64,000 nt of DNA from Terriglobia bacterium (lineage in GTDB: Bacteria > Acidobacteriota > Terriglobia > 20CM-2-55-15), in contig CAXWPJ010000009.1 of assembly GCA_963664115.2 (NCBI GenBank), positions 352,001 to 416,000 on the forward strand. The letters are read 5' to 3'. A program made the translations under genes and the position numbers. Below the pieces are notes generated by a model that was not told where the DNA came from, searched no databases, and saw only the letters and a list, made by a program, of their open reading frames with translations. Shown one piece after another: positions 21,690 to 31,478 of the stretch (the stretch's first letter is position 1; every line of letters begins with the position of its first letter).

Positions 21690-22944
21690 GTCCTGTCAGA
21701 CCTTCCGCGATTGCGAATTTCTCGATGAGGCTACCGGAACGTTCGATCGCCCGTCCCGAATAACGCACCACACTTGTGCGCTTCAGGAAGTCATATACAC
21801 CGAGCGGCGAAAAGAAACGTGCCGTACGTGCAGTCGGCAACACATGATTGGGCCCAGCGAAGTAGTCGCCCACGACGGCTGGAGAGTAGCGCCCCACAAA
21901 GATGGCACCGGCATTGTGGATGCCGTCCGCGATGGGATCCGGTTCCGCCATCAATACTTCGACGTGCTCGGGCGCGATGTGATCGACCAAACGGATCGCG
22001 TCCTCCGGTCCACTGACGACAAAGCTGATTCCGTTGTTTGCCACGGCGGTCCTCGCGATCGAATCTCTGTCCAGCGTCTCCAGCTGAATCTGGACCTGGT
22101 CGAAAACAGCCGCCGCAAGGTCCTCCGACCAACAGATGAGCCAGACACCCGCCATCTCGTCGTGTTCGGCCTGAGCCAGCAGGTCAGCCGCAATCCAGCT
22201 CGGATCGCAAGTCTCATCGGCCACTATGGCGACTTCACTGGGGCCGGCAATCATATCGATGTGCACACGGCCGAACACAAGTTTCTTGGCACCCTGGACG
22301 TATTGATTGCCAGGCCCAACGATCTTGTCGACGCTGGGGATCGACTCGGTTCCAAACGCAAGGGCCGCAATCGCCTGCGCACCGCCCGCCCGGTAAACCT
22401 CCTGAATTCCGAGAAGGTTGAGCGCCGCCGCGACCAGCGGATTTTCCTCGAGTGATTTCGGCGGGGTCACGACAACCAGCCGCTCGACACCCGCAACCTG
22501 GGCGGGAATCGCATTCATCAGCACGGACGACGGATAGGCCGCCTTAAACCCCGGGATATAGAGTCCAACCCTATTGATGGGAGTAATGCGTTGACCCAAG
22601 TGGATTCCGTCGCCAGCGTAGATTTCCCAGGACTGCAGCAACTGTTCCTCATGAAATCGCCTGATGTTGGAAATGGCTATCTTGAGAATCTCTACGAGTT
22701 CGTCATCGGCACCACTAGCGTAGCTAGCGATCTCATCCCCCGAAACATGCAACTGCTCTGGCTCCAGGGTGCATCCGTCGAAGCGCCGAGTGTATTCGAG
22801 GAGAGCTTCGTCGCCCCCCGTACGAACGCCCGCAACGATTTCTGCAATGGTCTGGCTGACTTCTGTTTCTTCCGTCGCCAACGGCAACAGATCGTCGACC
22901 GCGTCCAGATCCAGCGCTTCACTGAGATCGACAATCCGCATCAA
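21658..22944 (-). CDS. hisD: Histidinol dehydrogenase
   Basis: GGAQAIAALAFGTE, IDMIAGPSE, QAEH, APEH, GPNHVLPT. Confidence 0.97.
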   Translation of the reverse strand: MMRIVDLSEALDLDAVDDLLPLATEETEVSQTIAEIVAGVRTGGDEALLEYTRRFDGCTLEPEQLHVSGDEIASYASGADDELVEILKIAISNIRRFHEEQLLQSWEIYAGDGIHLGQRITPINRVGLYIPGFKAAYPSSVLMNAIPAQVAGVERLVVVTPPKSLEENPLVAAALNLLGIQEVYRAGGAQAIAALAFGTESIPSVDKIVGPGNQYVQGAKKLVFGRVHIDMIAGPSEVAIVADETCDPSWIAADLLAQAEHDEMAGVWLICWSEDLAAAVFDQVQIQLETLDRDSIARTAVANNGISFVVSGPEDAIRLVDHIAPEHVEVLMAEPDPIADGIHNAGAIFVGRYSPAVVGDYFAGPNHVLPTARTARFFSPLGVYDFLKRTSVVRYSGRAIERSGSLIEKFAIAEGLTGHARSITIRGH

Positions 22945-23567
22945 ACCAAACCCTCCAGGGTTTCCACCATCTGTACGATTTCTTCTCGCTTCGTCTGGTA
23001 GCTCGCGCGATTAACCATCAAACGTGCGGAACTTTCGGCGATTACCTCCACGATTTGCAGACCGTTCTCGGCGAGCGTCTGCCCGGATTCCACCAAATCC
23101 ACTATCCGATCGGCCAGACTCACGAGCGGCGCCAGTTCAATCGAGCCGGATAGAGGGATGATCTCGACCGCAATTCCCTGCGCATTGAAATGTTCCAACG
23201 TGATGTGCGGATACTTCGTCGCAACGCGGACGACTGTTCGGACCGGTTGGTCCTTGTTTGGCGTTCCATTGGGAGCCGCCACGGCAATTTTGCACTTCCC
23301 GAATCCCAGATCCAAGGGCTGCAACACATCGGCCTGGGACTCAAGCAACACGTCTTGACCGGCAATACCGGCATCTGCTGCGCCATACTCAACGTACGTG
23401 GGGGCATCCATGGGCTTGACCAGAATCACCCGACAGCGACCATCGATCGAATCAAAAATCAGCCGCCGGGACTCGGCAAGGTTTTCCTCGAACTTGATGT
23501 CCGCGCGTGCCAACAATTCGAGCGATGGCTCAAGGAAGCGCCCTTTGGCGATCGCAATCACTAGCAC
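22941..23567 (-). CDS. hisG: ATP phosphoribosyltransferase, short form
   Basis: IAKGR, VATKY, GSIELAP, DLVESG.TL. Confidence 0.96.
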   Translation of the reverse strand: MLVIAIAKGRFLEPSLELLARADIKFEENLAESRRLIFDSIDGRCRVILVKPMDAPTYVEYGAADAGIAGQDVLLESQADVLQPLDLGFGKCKIAVAAPNGTPNKDQPVRTVVRVATKYPHITLEHFNAQGIAVEIIPLSGSIELAPLVSLADRIVDLVESGQTLAENGLQIVEVIAESSARLMVNRASYQTKREEIVQMVETLEGLV

Positions 23568-24640
23568 ATTCGCACCCGCTTGCCTTCCCGACGCAATCGC
23601 ATCGCTTCTTCGAAGCCACCCTCTTCTACTCCGGCTGGCGGACGGATGTCTGCCCCGAACGCTTTCGGATCCACAATTTGTTCCAGTCGGTCCAGGCTGA
23701 ACGAGAATCCGACGGCCGGGGTGTCATGGCCAAACTGGGCCGGAAGGCCGTCATATCGGCCGCCACTGGCGACCTCGAACCCGAGACCACGGACGTAAAC
23801 CCGAAAGAGAATGCCGCTGTAATAATCGAAACCTCGAACCTCCCCGAGGTCTATCGTCAGACGGTGGGCCAGCCCCAGGCGCTCAAATATTCCGTATATG
23901 TTTTCGAGGTGTTGAATAGCACCCGTAGACCGTTCGTTCGTGACCAGCTTCCGAGCCCGGGCCAGTATTTCCCGGCCACCCGTCAGATGCGGAATTGCAA
24001 GCAGAATGTCCTTTCGACGCTTTTCGAAACTGAGCCCGACCAGCATTTTCTCGAGACCGGCCTGATCCTTAATGTTGAGTAATTTCTTGAGGCGGTCTAT
24101 GCCTTCATCAGGGAGATCGATCCTGTCAACGATACCGCCAAAAAAATCCACGCTTCCGAGGTTGATCTGAAAGTCCTCTATACCGAGCTTCTCAAGTGCC
24201 TCCATACACACCACCAACACCTCTATATCTGCAGTAGCGGGCGAACCGCCGTAATGTTCCAGTCCCATCTGCGCGAATTCCCGCTGCTGCCCGCCCTTCG
24301 GCGTTTCGAACCGCAATACCTCTCCGGAATAGGATAGCCGGACCGGCGTGGGTTCTCCTGAGAGCCTGGTGGCCGCCATCTTGGCGAGTAAGGACGTAAA
24401 CTCCGGGCGTAGAGCCAGAACGTTGCCTTCACGATCGATGAATCTATAAATCCGGTCCTCCAGCTCGCTCCCCATGCCCTTGACGAACACATCAAAGTAG
24501 TCAAGCATCGGCGGAATGATCTCCTCGTAAGACCACCCCTCGAAGACGGAAAATATGGTCCGTTCGACAGCCCGACGACGCCGGGCGGCATCACCGATCA
24601 GAATCTGCGTACCGGGCGGTATTTGGGTGAGGGAGTTCAT
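23561..24640 (-). CDS. hisZ: ATP phosphoribosyltransferase regulatory subunit
   Basis: HisRS-like (LRPEFT, REFAQMG, YYSG, GGRYD) and adjacent to short hisG. Confidence 0.93.
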   Translation of the reverse strand: MNSLTQIPPGTQILIGDAARRRRAVERTIFSVFEGWSYEEIIPPMLDYFDVFVKGMGSELEDRIYRFIDREGNVLALRPEFTSLLAKMAATRLSGEPTPVRLSYSGEVLRFETPKGGQQREFAQMGLEHYGGSPATADIEVLVVCMEALEKLGIEDFQINLGSVDFFGGIVDRIDLPDEGIDRLKKLLNIKDQAGLEKMLVGLSFEKRRKDILLAIPHLTGGREILARARKLVTNERSTGAIQHLENIYGIFERLGLAHRLTIDLGEVRGFDYYSGILFRVYVRGLGFEVASGGRYDGLPAQFGHDTPAVGFSFSLDRLEQIVDPKAFGADIRPPAGVEEGGFEEAMRLRREGKRVRMC

Positions 24641-25692
24641 CCGATCAGTCCCCGGCAATACAACAACTCGGCGTTGAGAATGGCCGCTCCGGCCGCTCCA
24701 CGGATTGTATTGTGGCTGAGCACTCGAAACTTGTGGTCCAGTACGGGACAGCGGGAGACGGGGCCCACCACGACAGCCATACCTGCGGCGCGGTCGCGAT
24801 CCAACCGGGGCTGGGGCCTATCGATACCCTTTTCCAAAATCATGACAGGCTGCGGAGCCGACGGCAAATCGAGTGCGTCGATACTGGACTTGTAATCTCG
24901 AAACGTGTCTTCCACTTGCTCGGAAGAAACATCCTGCTTCAATTTCACCGAACAGGCTTCCAGATGACCGTCGCGCACGTTGACGCGATGCGTCATAGCG
25001 CTGATTCGAAATTGATTATCTTCGAATTTGTCTCCGGTCCACGCCCCGAGAATCTTTAGCGGCTCGGTCTCCATCTTCTCAGCTTCCTCGCCACCCGCGA
25101 TGTTGGGAATGACATTGTCAGCTGCATCCAGAGAAGCCACACCCGGGTATCCGGCTCCGGACAGAGCCTGCATGGTCACTACGTGGACGGCCTCCAATCC
25201 GAACGCCCGGTCGAGGGCCGCAAGAGGAATCACCAGGCCGATCGTCGAACAGTTGGGGTTGGTCACGATGAAACCCTTACCTCCAAAACGTGGCCGCTGC
25301 TTCTCCAGAGCTTCGATGTGATCCGCATTGATCTCCGGAACCAAAAGCGGAACGTCCGGACCCATCCGATGACTCGAAGCGTTACTAATTACTGGACATC
25401 CAGACTGAGCAAACTCGATTTCGGTTTCACGGGCAATCGAGGAAGGCAGTCCCGATAAGACAAAGTCACAATCCAGCCCGGGACGGCAAGCTTCGACTGA
25501 CATTTCAGCGATATTCTCCGGAATCTCAGATTCAAGCTGCCAATGGGCGGCCTCGCGGTAGGTTTTCCCGGCCGAGTTGTCCGACGCTGCCAGCGCCCCG
25601 ATCTCGAACCACGGATGGTGCTCCAGCATCTGGATCATCCGCTGACCCACAGTCCCTGTAGCTCCTAAAATGGCAGTCTTGATCTTCTTCAT
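24637..25692 (-). CDS. asd: Aspartate-semialdehyde dehydrogenase
   Basis: LGATGTVGQR, PEIN, TNPNCST, SGAGYPG, HNTIRGAAG. Confidence 0.96.
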   Translation of the reverse strand: MKKIKTAILGATGTVGQRMIQMLEHHPWFEIGALAASDNSAGKTYREAAHWQLESEIPENIAEMSVEACRPGLDCDFVLSGLPSSIARETEIEFAQSGCPVISNASSHRMGPDVPLLVPEINADHIEALEKQRPRFGGKGFIVTNPNCSTIGLVIPLAALDRAFGLEAVHVVTMQALSGAGYPGVASLDAADNVIPNIAGGEEAEKMETEPLKILGAWTGDKFEDNQFRISAMTHRVNVRDGHLEACSVKLKQDVSSEQVEDTFRDYKSSIDALDLPSAPQPVMILEKGIDRPQPRLDRDRAAGMAVVVGPVSRCPVLDHKFRVLSHNTIRGAAGAAILNAELLYCRGLIG

Positions 25693-25723
25693 AGCTCGAA
25701 CCATCACGACACGTCTCCGAACT

Positions 25724-26641
25724 CTAATTCGGGAGAAAACACCGACCTTCCGTATCGATCTTTGAAACTCTGGCCGACGCCCTTACCCCGCTACGCCCAA
25801 ACACCTCTACAATCTGATCGCCGACGGAGGCTGCCGCCTCGGGCGCGGCGAACGCGAGAACAGTCGGACCGGCTCCGCTCAAGGCAATCCCTGCAAGACC
25901 GTCAGTCTCCATCTTCAGAACTGCTTCGAACCCGGGGATCAGGCCGGCGCGATAGGGCTGGTGAATGCGATCGCGCATCGCTTCCGACAGCATCTGCCAA
26001 TTGCCGAGGGTCAGAGCAGCAACCATGAGTGGCGCCCTCTGAATGTTAAAAACAGCGTCCCGTCGCGAATAGCCCTCCGGCAAAACATCGCGCGCCTTCT
26101 CGGTGGACAGTTCGAAATCCGGGATTACCAGGACGGGCGTGATGCCATCGGACACCTTCAAACTCGATGACATGGCCTTCCCACCATCGCTTACGGCTGA
26201 AACTGTAAGGCCTCCAAGGAGGCCGGCAGCCAGGTTGTCGGGATGCGGCTCGAACTCCATCGCGTGATCGAAGATCTCGCTCTCAGACAGCGAGTCCCCG
26301 GCCACAATTTCGTAGCAGGAAATTCCTGCAAGAATCGCTGTAGAACTGCTGCCCAAACCCCGCGCCAGCGGTATTTCGTTCTGAACTTTCAAAAACACCG
26401 GTTCTATCCGCCGACCACGGCGTTTGGCCACAGCGTCCATGACCCGGAGAATCAGGTTGTCTCCACCGTCGGGCATCTTGTCGCTGTCGATCCCGTGTGC
26501 AACTACCCGGGACCGGTCGGTCGAATCGGAAACTTCGACTTCCACTGTCAAGTAGATCGCCAGGGCGAGGCTCAACGCATCAAAGCCGGGGCCAAGATTC
26601 GATGTGCTCGCGGGAACACGGACACCAGTAGGTCTACTCAC
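25724..26641 (-). CDS. thrB: Homoserine kinase
   Basis: PASTSNLGPGFD, IPLARGLGSSS, HPDN, LSGAGPT; probable GTG start at 26641. Confidence 0.95.
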   Translation of the reverse strand: MSRPTGVRVPASTSNLGPGFDALSLALAIYLTVEVEVSDSTDRSRVVAHGIDSDKMPDGGDNLILRVMDAVAKRRGRRIEPVFLKVQNEIPLARGLGSSSTAILAGISCYEIVAGDSLSESEIFDHAMEFEPHPDNLAAGLLGGLTVSAVSDGGKAMSSSLKVSDGITPVLVIPDFELSTEKARDVLPEGYSRRDAVFNIQRAPLMVAALTLGNWQMLSEAMRDRIHQPYRAGLIPGFEAVLKMETDGLAGIALSGAGPTVLAFAAPEAAASVGDQIVEVFGRSGVRASARVSKIDTEGRCFLPN

Positions 26642-28067
26642 GACCTGAACTTTCCAAAAGAGCCGCAGGCGCTCCGAACACAGACTCCGGGGCCGGGTGG
26701 CCCGTCCATATTTCAAACTGACGTGCAGCCTGTGCGACGAACATCGTCGTCCCTGCAATCACCTGTTTCCCCTGTACCTCTGCGTCTCGCAACAGACGGG
26801 TGCGCGGCGGGTTGTAGACCATGTCAAAAACGACGTTCGCATGAATCGTACCGGAAACCGGCGTCGCCTCGACGTCTGGAGTCATACCGACAGGTGTTGC
26901 GTTTACAAGCAGATCCGTTTCGTATCTGGAGCAATTCTCCAGACGATCCACCTGTACCTGTCGCGACCAGTCCAATGTTCCAGCTTCGCGGGTACGCGAC
27001 AGCACGGTCATCGATTCCGCCGAGTCCAGAGCGGCCACTGCCGCTCGGGCCGCACCACCGGTTCCCAGAACGACCACCTTCTTGCCATGAGCGTCGAAAT
27101 CCTTCAGCGCTTCGCGTATCCCGTGCACATCGGTGTTATCGCCTTTCCACTGTCCGTCGTCGAGACACACGGTGTTCACTGCGCCAACGGTCCTGGCTTC
27201 CGCTGTCACCTGCTCCAGATACGGCATCACTCCCACTTTGTGCGGAATCGTCACCGAAAAACCTTTGATCCCAATGGGCCCGGCATTGTCGAAAAAGTCG
27301 TCCAGACGCTCCACGGGGAACTTCATGTAAACGTAGTCGAGGCCCGCAGCCTGGAAGGCTCTGTTGTGTAGCGCAGGGGATTCGGAGTGATCCACCGGAT
27401 TACCGACGATCCCTATGAACCGTGTCGCCCGGCCAATTTCGCGGAACCGATAGGTGTTGATCAATTCCTCCAGCGCGAGTTGACCCGGCGCCGAGCCGTC
27501 TCCCACACCCGTGTACGTGAGGGCGCTACCCCGAGATGGTCCGATGATCCGCGTAATTTGCCCCATCGGACCCATGCCAATAACGATCACTGGCTTCGGC
27601 CATGACTTTCCCAGTAACTTGAGCAACCTGCGATTGTCCGACCATGACCGGACGAAAGTTGCAATCTTTGCTACCGCGACGGGACTCTGACACACCGCAT
27701 CCAGCAAGCCTTCAAGATCCTCTGGAGTCGAATCAAAGTCATGATACGAGCCAATCACGTCGGCCGGGGGAAACCCCCTTGCGAAACGGAAATCCATGTC
27801 CACCCAGCGGGCGCCGTTGGAAACCGCACGCTCGAGAATTCGTAATTCATCATCTATCGAACCGGCAAATCGGCCTCCCTGCCGACGACCACGGCAGGTC
27901 GCTATCGCGGGGGCTCGGAGATCCCCCCATTCGATTAGGTCCGATGCTTCGGGATTCTCGAGGTAATCGAGGCGCACCTCGATGCAGTCCGCCCCTTCCG
28001 TCACCGGGCTGAAAACCTCAGCGGCGTTTCTGGGTGTCAGGGCAACACAGATAGGTCCAGGGAACAT
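26634..28067 (-). CDS. aroDE: Bifunctional type I 3-dehydroquinate dehydratase / shikimate dehydrogenase (AroD-AroE fusion)
   Basis: N-terminal EVRLD, SYHDF, AKIA, SAPGQ; C-terminal HSESP..HN, VTIPHK, GAVNT, NTD, NATPVGM. Confidence 0.92.
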   Translation of the reverse strand: MFPGPICVALTPRNAAEVFSPVTEGADCIEVRLDYLENPEASDLIEWGDLRAPAIATCRGRRQGGRFAGSIDDELRILERAVSNGARWVDMDFRFARGFPPADVIGSYHDFDSTPEDLEGLLDAVCQSPVAVAKIATFVRSWSDNRRLLKLLGKSWPKPVIVIGMGPMGQITRIIGPSRGSALTYTGVGDGSAPGQLALEELINTYRFREIGRATRFIGIVGNPVDHSESPALHNRAFQAAGLDYVYMKFPVERLDDFFDNAGPIGIKGFSVTIPHKVGVMPYLEQVTAEARTVGAVNTVCLDDGQWKGDNTDVHGIREALKDFDAHGKKVVVLGTGGAARAAVAALDSAESMTVLSRTREAGTLDWSRQVQVDRLENCSRYETDLLVNATPVGMTPDVEATPVSGTIHANVVFDMVYNPPRTRLLRDAEVQGKQVIAGTTMFVAQAARQFEIWTGHPAPESVFGAPAALLESSGRE

Positions 28068-28068
28068 T

Positions 28069-28992
28069 TCAAGCAAACAACTCCGTGCTGAGATAGCGCT
28101 CTCCGGTATCACATAGGATTGCAAGAACACGCTTTCCGGGCCCGAATTCGCGGGAAACTTCCATCGCGACATGGAGAATCGCCCCCGAAGAGACGCCGGT
28201 CAGAATGCCTTCCTTCTGAGCCAGCAGGCGTGCCTGCCGACGCGCGTCCGCATACTGGACAGGCACAATATGATCAATGACCTCACGGTTGAGAATCTCA
28301 GGTACGAAACCTGCACCAATTCCCTGTATCTGGTGAGGCGCAGGGGCACCCCCGGAAAGTACCGGAGACTCACTGGGTTCAACCGCGTACAGTTGCAAGT
28401 GCGGGATCGCTTCTTTCAGGCGTTCTCCCGTGCCGGTGGCCGTGCCTCCCGTTCCGACACCCACAACCAAGGCATCCAGGTCCTTACCTACGACTTCGAG
28501 AATTTCCTGGGCCGTCGTCCGACGGTGTGCCTCGGGATTCGCGAGATTACGAAACTGATGCGGCATGAAGTAACCCGGGTTTTCCCGAACGACCTCCTCA
28601 GCTTTATCGATCGCTCCCTGCATGACATCGTTTCTTGGGGTCAAAATGATTTCGGCTCCGTAAGCCCGCAGCAGATTCAGCCGTTCTACGCTCATGTCTT
28701 CGGGCATCGTCAGGATCACGTGGTAACCCTTGGCAGCAGCAACCATTGCCAGGCCAACCCCGGTATTGCCACTGGTCGGTTCGACGATGGTCCCACCTGG
28801 CTTCAGCCGACCGTCCTTCTCGGCTGCCTCAATCATGCTGAGGCCAATTCTGTCCTTCACGCTGCCACCCGGATTTAGAAACTCCAGTTTGGCGAGCAGT
28901 TCCGCCCAACCCGGTTCCGAGATGCGGCTGAGCCGTACAACGGGAGTATTCCCGACCAACTCGCAAATGTTGTTGTGAATCCGGTCCGGCAT
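28069..28992 (-). CDS. cysK: Cysteine synthase A
   Basis: KLEFLNPGGSVKDR, EPTSGNTG, GVGTGGT, HQIQGIG; GAGGA RBS before ATG 28992. Confidence 0.95.
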   Translation of the reverse strand: MPDRIHNNICELVGNTPVVRLSRISEPGWAELLAKLEFLNPGGSVKDRIGLSMIEAAEKDGRLKPGGTIVEPTSGNTGVGLAMVAAAKGYHVILTMPEDMSVERLNLLRAYGAEIILTPRNDVMQGAIDKAEEVVRENPGYFMPHQFRNLANPEAHRRTTAQEILEVVGKDLDALVVGVGTGGTATGTGERLKEAIPHLQLYAVEPSESPVLSGGAPAPHQIQGIGAGFVPEILNREVIDHIVPVQYADARRQARLLAQKEGILTGVSSGAILHVAMEVSREFGPGKRVLAILCDTGERYLSTELFA

Positions 28993-29386
28993 AATTCCTC
29001 TAATTTCAATATGCGCCCAGGCCAGCTCTTCGACTCGCACCAGTACGACGCCTACCCCAGGGGCAGAAACTTCTCACGATACCATAAATTGGCCTCAAAT
29101 AGCTCAATTCATTAGTAGATAGCGGTCGCCGAGCCCTGTCCCGGTGGAGTCACCGACTCTGACGACAATGGTGCGCAAAATTTGCGCCCACGCCAAACCT
29201 CCGGGACCTGAAACCCATGAGATTCGCCACGAGTGTTCCAGTGGACTCCCTGGTGCCTGTCGTCGGGAAAACATCTAGGGGTAAGGGATCAGTCGCCGAC
29301 CCACCACAGGATCTTGGGTTCCCGAATCAACTACGTGTTATCAATATGTTGACTGAGGCTCGGCCTTCTGTTAGAAAGGGTGCCTT

Positions 29387-30682
29387 ATGAAAATTTTGCT
29401 CACGCTTCCGGTTTTTCTGTTCCTGGTTTCGGCCCCCGGAAATAGCCAGCAAACGCCCCTTCCCGAACAGGGTGCGCCCCCGACCAGCTTGACTGAACGG
29501 GACGGATATGTGTCCGCAAACAATGCGCCTCCCTCTACGGAGAGCTTCGAGGTACATGTCGTCGAAGAAGGCGACACCCTCTGGGACATTGCGGGTCGAT
29601 ATCTCAGCAATCCCTTTCTGTGGCCGCAACTCTGGGAAGCCAACGAGCACATCATCAACCCGCATTGGATCTATCCACAGGACTCGATGTTGATCCGGGC
29701 CATCACCCAGATCACGGAGGCGGTCCCACCGCCCGCGCCAGACGCCGGACCTGCGACCGAAGCAGAACCTGAGCCTGTGGCCCAAGTGCGTTTGCCTGCA
29801 ACACCCCAATTGACTTCCGAAGCAACTCTCGAGACACCTCCAGTAATCTTGGCCTTACCGGATCTCCCACCAACTCTTGAGGTCAAAGCTGTCGATCTCT
29901 ACTGTTCGGGCTTCATTACGACTCGCGAGATTTCGCCGGATCTCAATGTAATGGCGAAGTTCCCTGTGACAGAAAGCGTCATTGCCACTGAAGGCGATTA
30001 TGTTTACCTCAGTCGAGGGGCAAATTCAGGAATTACGACGGGAGATCTCTTCACTGCCGTTCGTGCGACACGAAATGTCAGCAGCACGCGTGAAAGCGTG
30101 GGCGAATTGGGACGGCACTACCTGGAAGTCGGCCAGATGCGCGCGGTCATGGTGCAGCCCGAATTCTCGATGGCCCGTGTGCTCCATTCCTGCGATGGCA
30201 TCGAAGTCGGCGATGTGACGGTTTCCTTCGATGAAATAGACTTTCCTGAGCTTCCGTCCGACCGCCCGTTTGATTCGATGATGCCCAGCAGCGGCAAAAT
30301 AACCGGGGCGATAGCAATGTCCCGCGGTACGCTGTCAAACTCCGGATCACCGTTGTTCGGCGGGACGACAGTGGTGCCCGGCGTTAGCGGCGGCCGTCTC
30401 GGAGGGATCGCGGGAGGCGTCGTATCCGAAGGTCAGGTCGTCTACATCGACCTCGGAGATCGGGACGGAATTCAGACTGGGGATCTCTTTTTGATTTACC
30501 GGCCGCTGGACACAAGCTCACCGCTGCATCCCTTACCAGAGGAAGCCGCACGGCTCCTCGCAGGCCAAAGACAAGTCGTTGGAGAACTCGTTGTCCTGAA
30601 GGTAGATGAGCTGTCCGCAGCAGCTCTGATTACTTTCACTTCGGGGGCCGTTTTCTCGGGCGATTCGATCGAACTCCGATAG
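29387..30682 (+). CDS. Secreted LysM peptidoglycan-binding protein
   Basis: Signal peptide; HVVEEGDTLWDIAGRYL.NPFLWPQLWEAN..I.NPHWIYP LysM motif; repeated VY(L/I)..G...GI.TGDLF beta modules. Confidence 0.85.
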   Translation: MKILLTLPVFLFLVSAPGNSQQTPLPEQGAPPTSLTERDGYVSANNAPPSTESFEVHVVEEGDTLWDIAGRYLSNPFLWPQLWEANEHIINPHWIYPQDSMLIRAITQITEAVPPPAPDAGPATEAEPEPVAQVRLPATPQLTSEATLETPPVILALPDLPPTLEVKAVDLYCSGFITTREISPDLNVMAKFPVTESVIATEGDYVYLSRGANSGITTGDLFTAVRATRNVSSTRESVGELGRHYLEVGQMRAVMVQPEFSMARVLHSCDGIEVGDVTVSFDEIDFPELPSDRPFDSMMPSSGKITGAIAMSRGTLSNSGSPLFGGTTVVPGVSGGRLGGIAGGVVSEGQVVYIDLGDRDGIQTGDLFLIYRPLDTSSPLHPLPEEAARLLAGQRQVVGELVVLKVDELSAAALITFTSGAVFSGDSIELR

Positions 30683-31478
30683 GCAGGGCTAACGGTCCTT
30701 TCCGCAACACACGAATCAGGAAGAATGTCCCGACCAACAACATCGGAAGACTGAGGAGTTGTCCGCGGGTCAAAGGGCCGAGATCCAAGCCGATGTGTGC
30801 ATCGGGAGATCTCACGAACTCCACCATAAACCGGACGAATCCGTAGCCGGATATCAATCCCCAAAGAGCGGCTCCGGGATGGAAAGACCGCCTGTAAATC
30901 CAGCGCACAAATAAAAAGAGAACAAGCCCTTCAAGAAAGGCTTCGTAGAGCTGTGACGGATGGCGCCCCACGTTCCCACCACCGGGGAAAATCATTGCCC
31001 AGGGCAGCGAAGTTTCGCGGCCGTAGAGTTCACCGTTAATGAAGTTTCCGATACGCCCCAATCCCAGACCGATGGGCACGGCAAGCACGATCATGTCCGC
31101 GATTTGCCAGAAATTCCATTGTCTCCGTCTCACGATCAGCACGGTCGCAAGCGTTGTACCGACAAGACCGCCATGGAACGACATACCGCCCTCCCATATC
31201 GCCACGATCGATAGGGGATCCTGGATATAGCTACCGAGGTCGTACATCAGCACGTACCCAAGGCGCGCTCCCAGCATCACGCCCAGGATCCCATAAAACA
31301 GGAGGTCGTAAAGATCATCCTTGGACAACGCCAGCCGACTCTGCCTGGCTGCTCGTTTCATTACGAAATAGGCCGCGATGAACCCCAGCATGTACATCAG
31401 CCCGTACCAACGGAGCTGAAGTGGACCAATCGCGAAAAAAACCGGGTCGATTCCGTGGAACGGGAGTTGAAGCATCAT
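30636..31478 (-). CDS. lgt: Prolipoprotein diacylglyceryl transferase
   Basis: RWYGLMY, GARLGYV, GGMSFHGG, GRIGNFINGELYGR, HPSQLYE. Confidence 0.97.
   Translation of the reverse strand: MMLQLPFHGIDPVFFAIGPLQLRWYGLMYMLGFIAAYFVMKRAARQSRLALSKDDLYDLLFYGILGVMLGARLGYVLMYDLGSYIQDPLSIVAIWEGGMSFHGGLVGTTLATVLIVRRRQWNFWQIADMIVLAVPIGLGLGRIGNFINGELYGRETSLPWAMIFPGGGNVGRHPSQLYEAFLEGLVLFLFVRWIYRRSFHPGAALWGLISGYGFVRFMVEFVRSPDAHIGLDLGPLTRGQLLSLPMLLVGTFFLIRVLRKGPLALPIGVRSNRPRKRPPK

Noticed and set aside
30636-30682. Overlap of lgt and LysM 3' ends (also anti-sigma/lpxB)
   Set aside because: Short convergent overlaps are common, and both proteins are complete.
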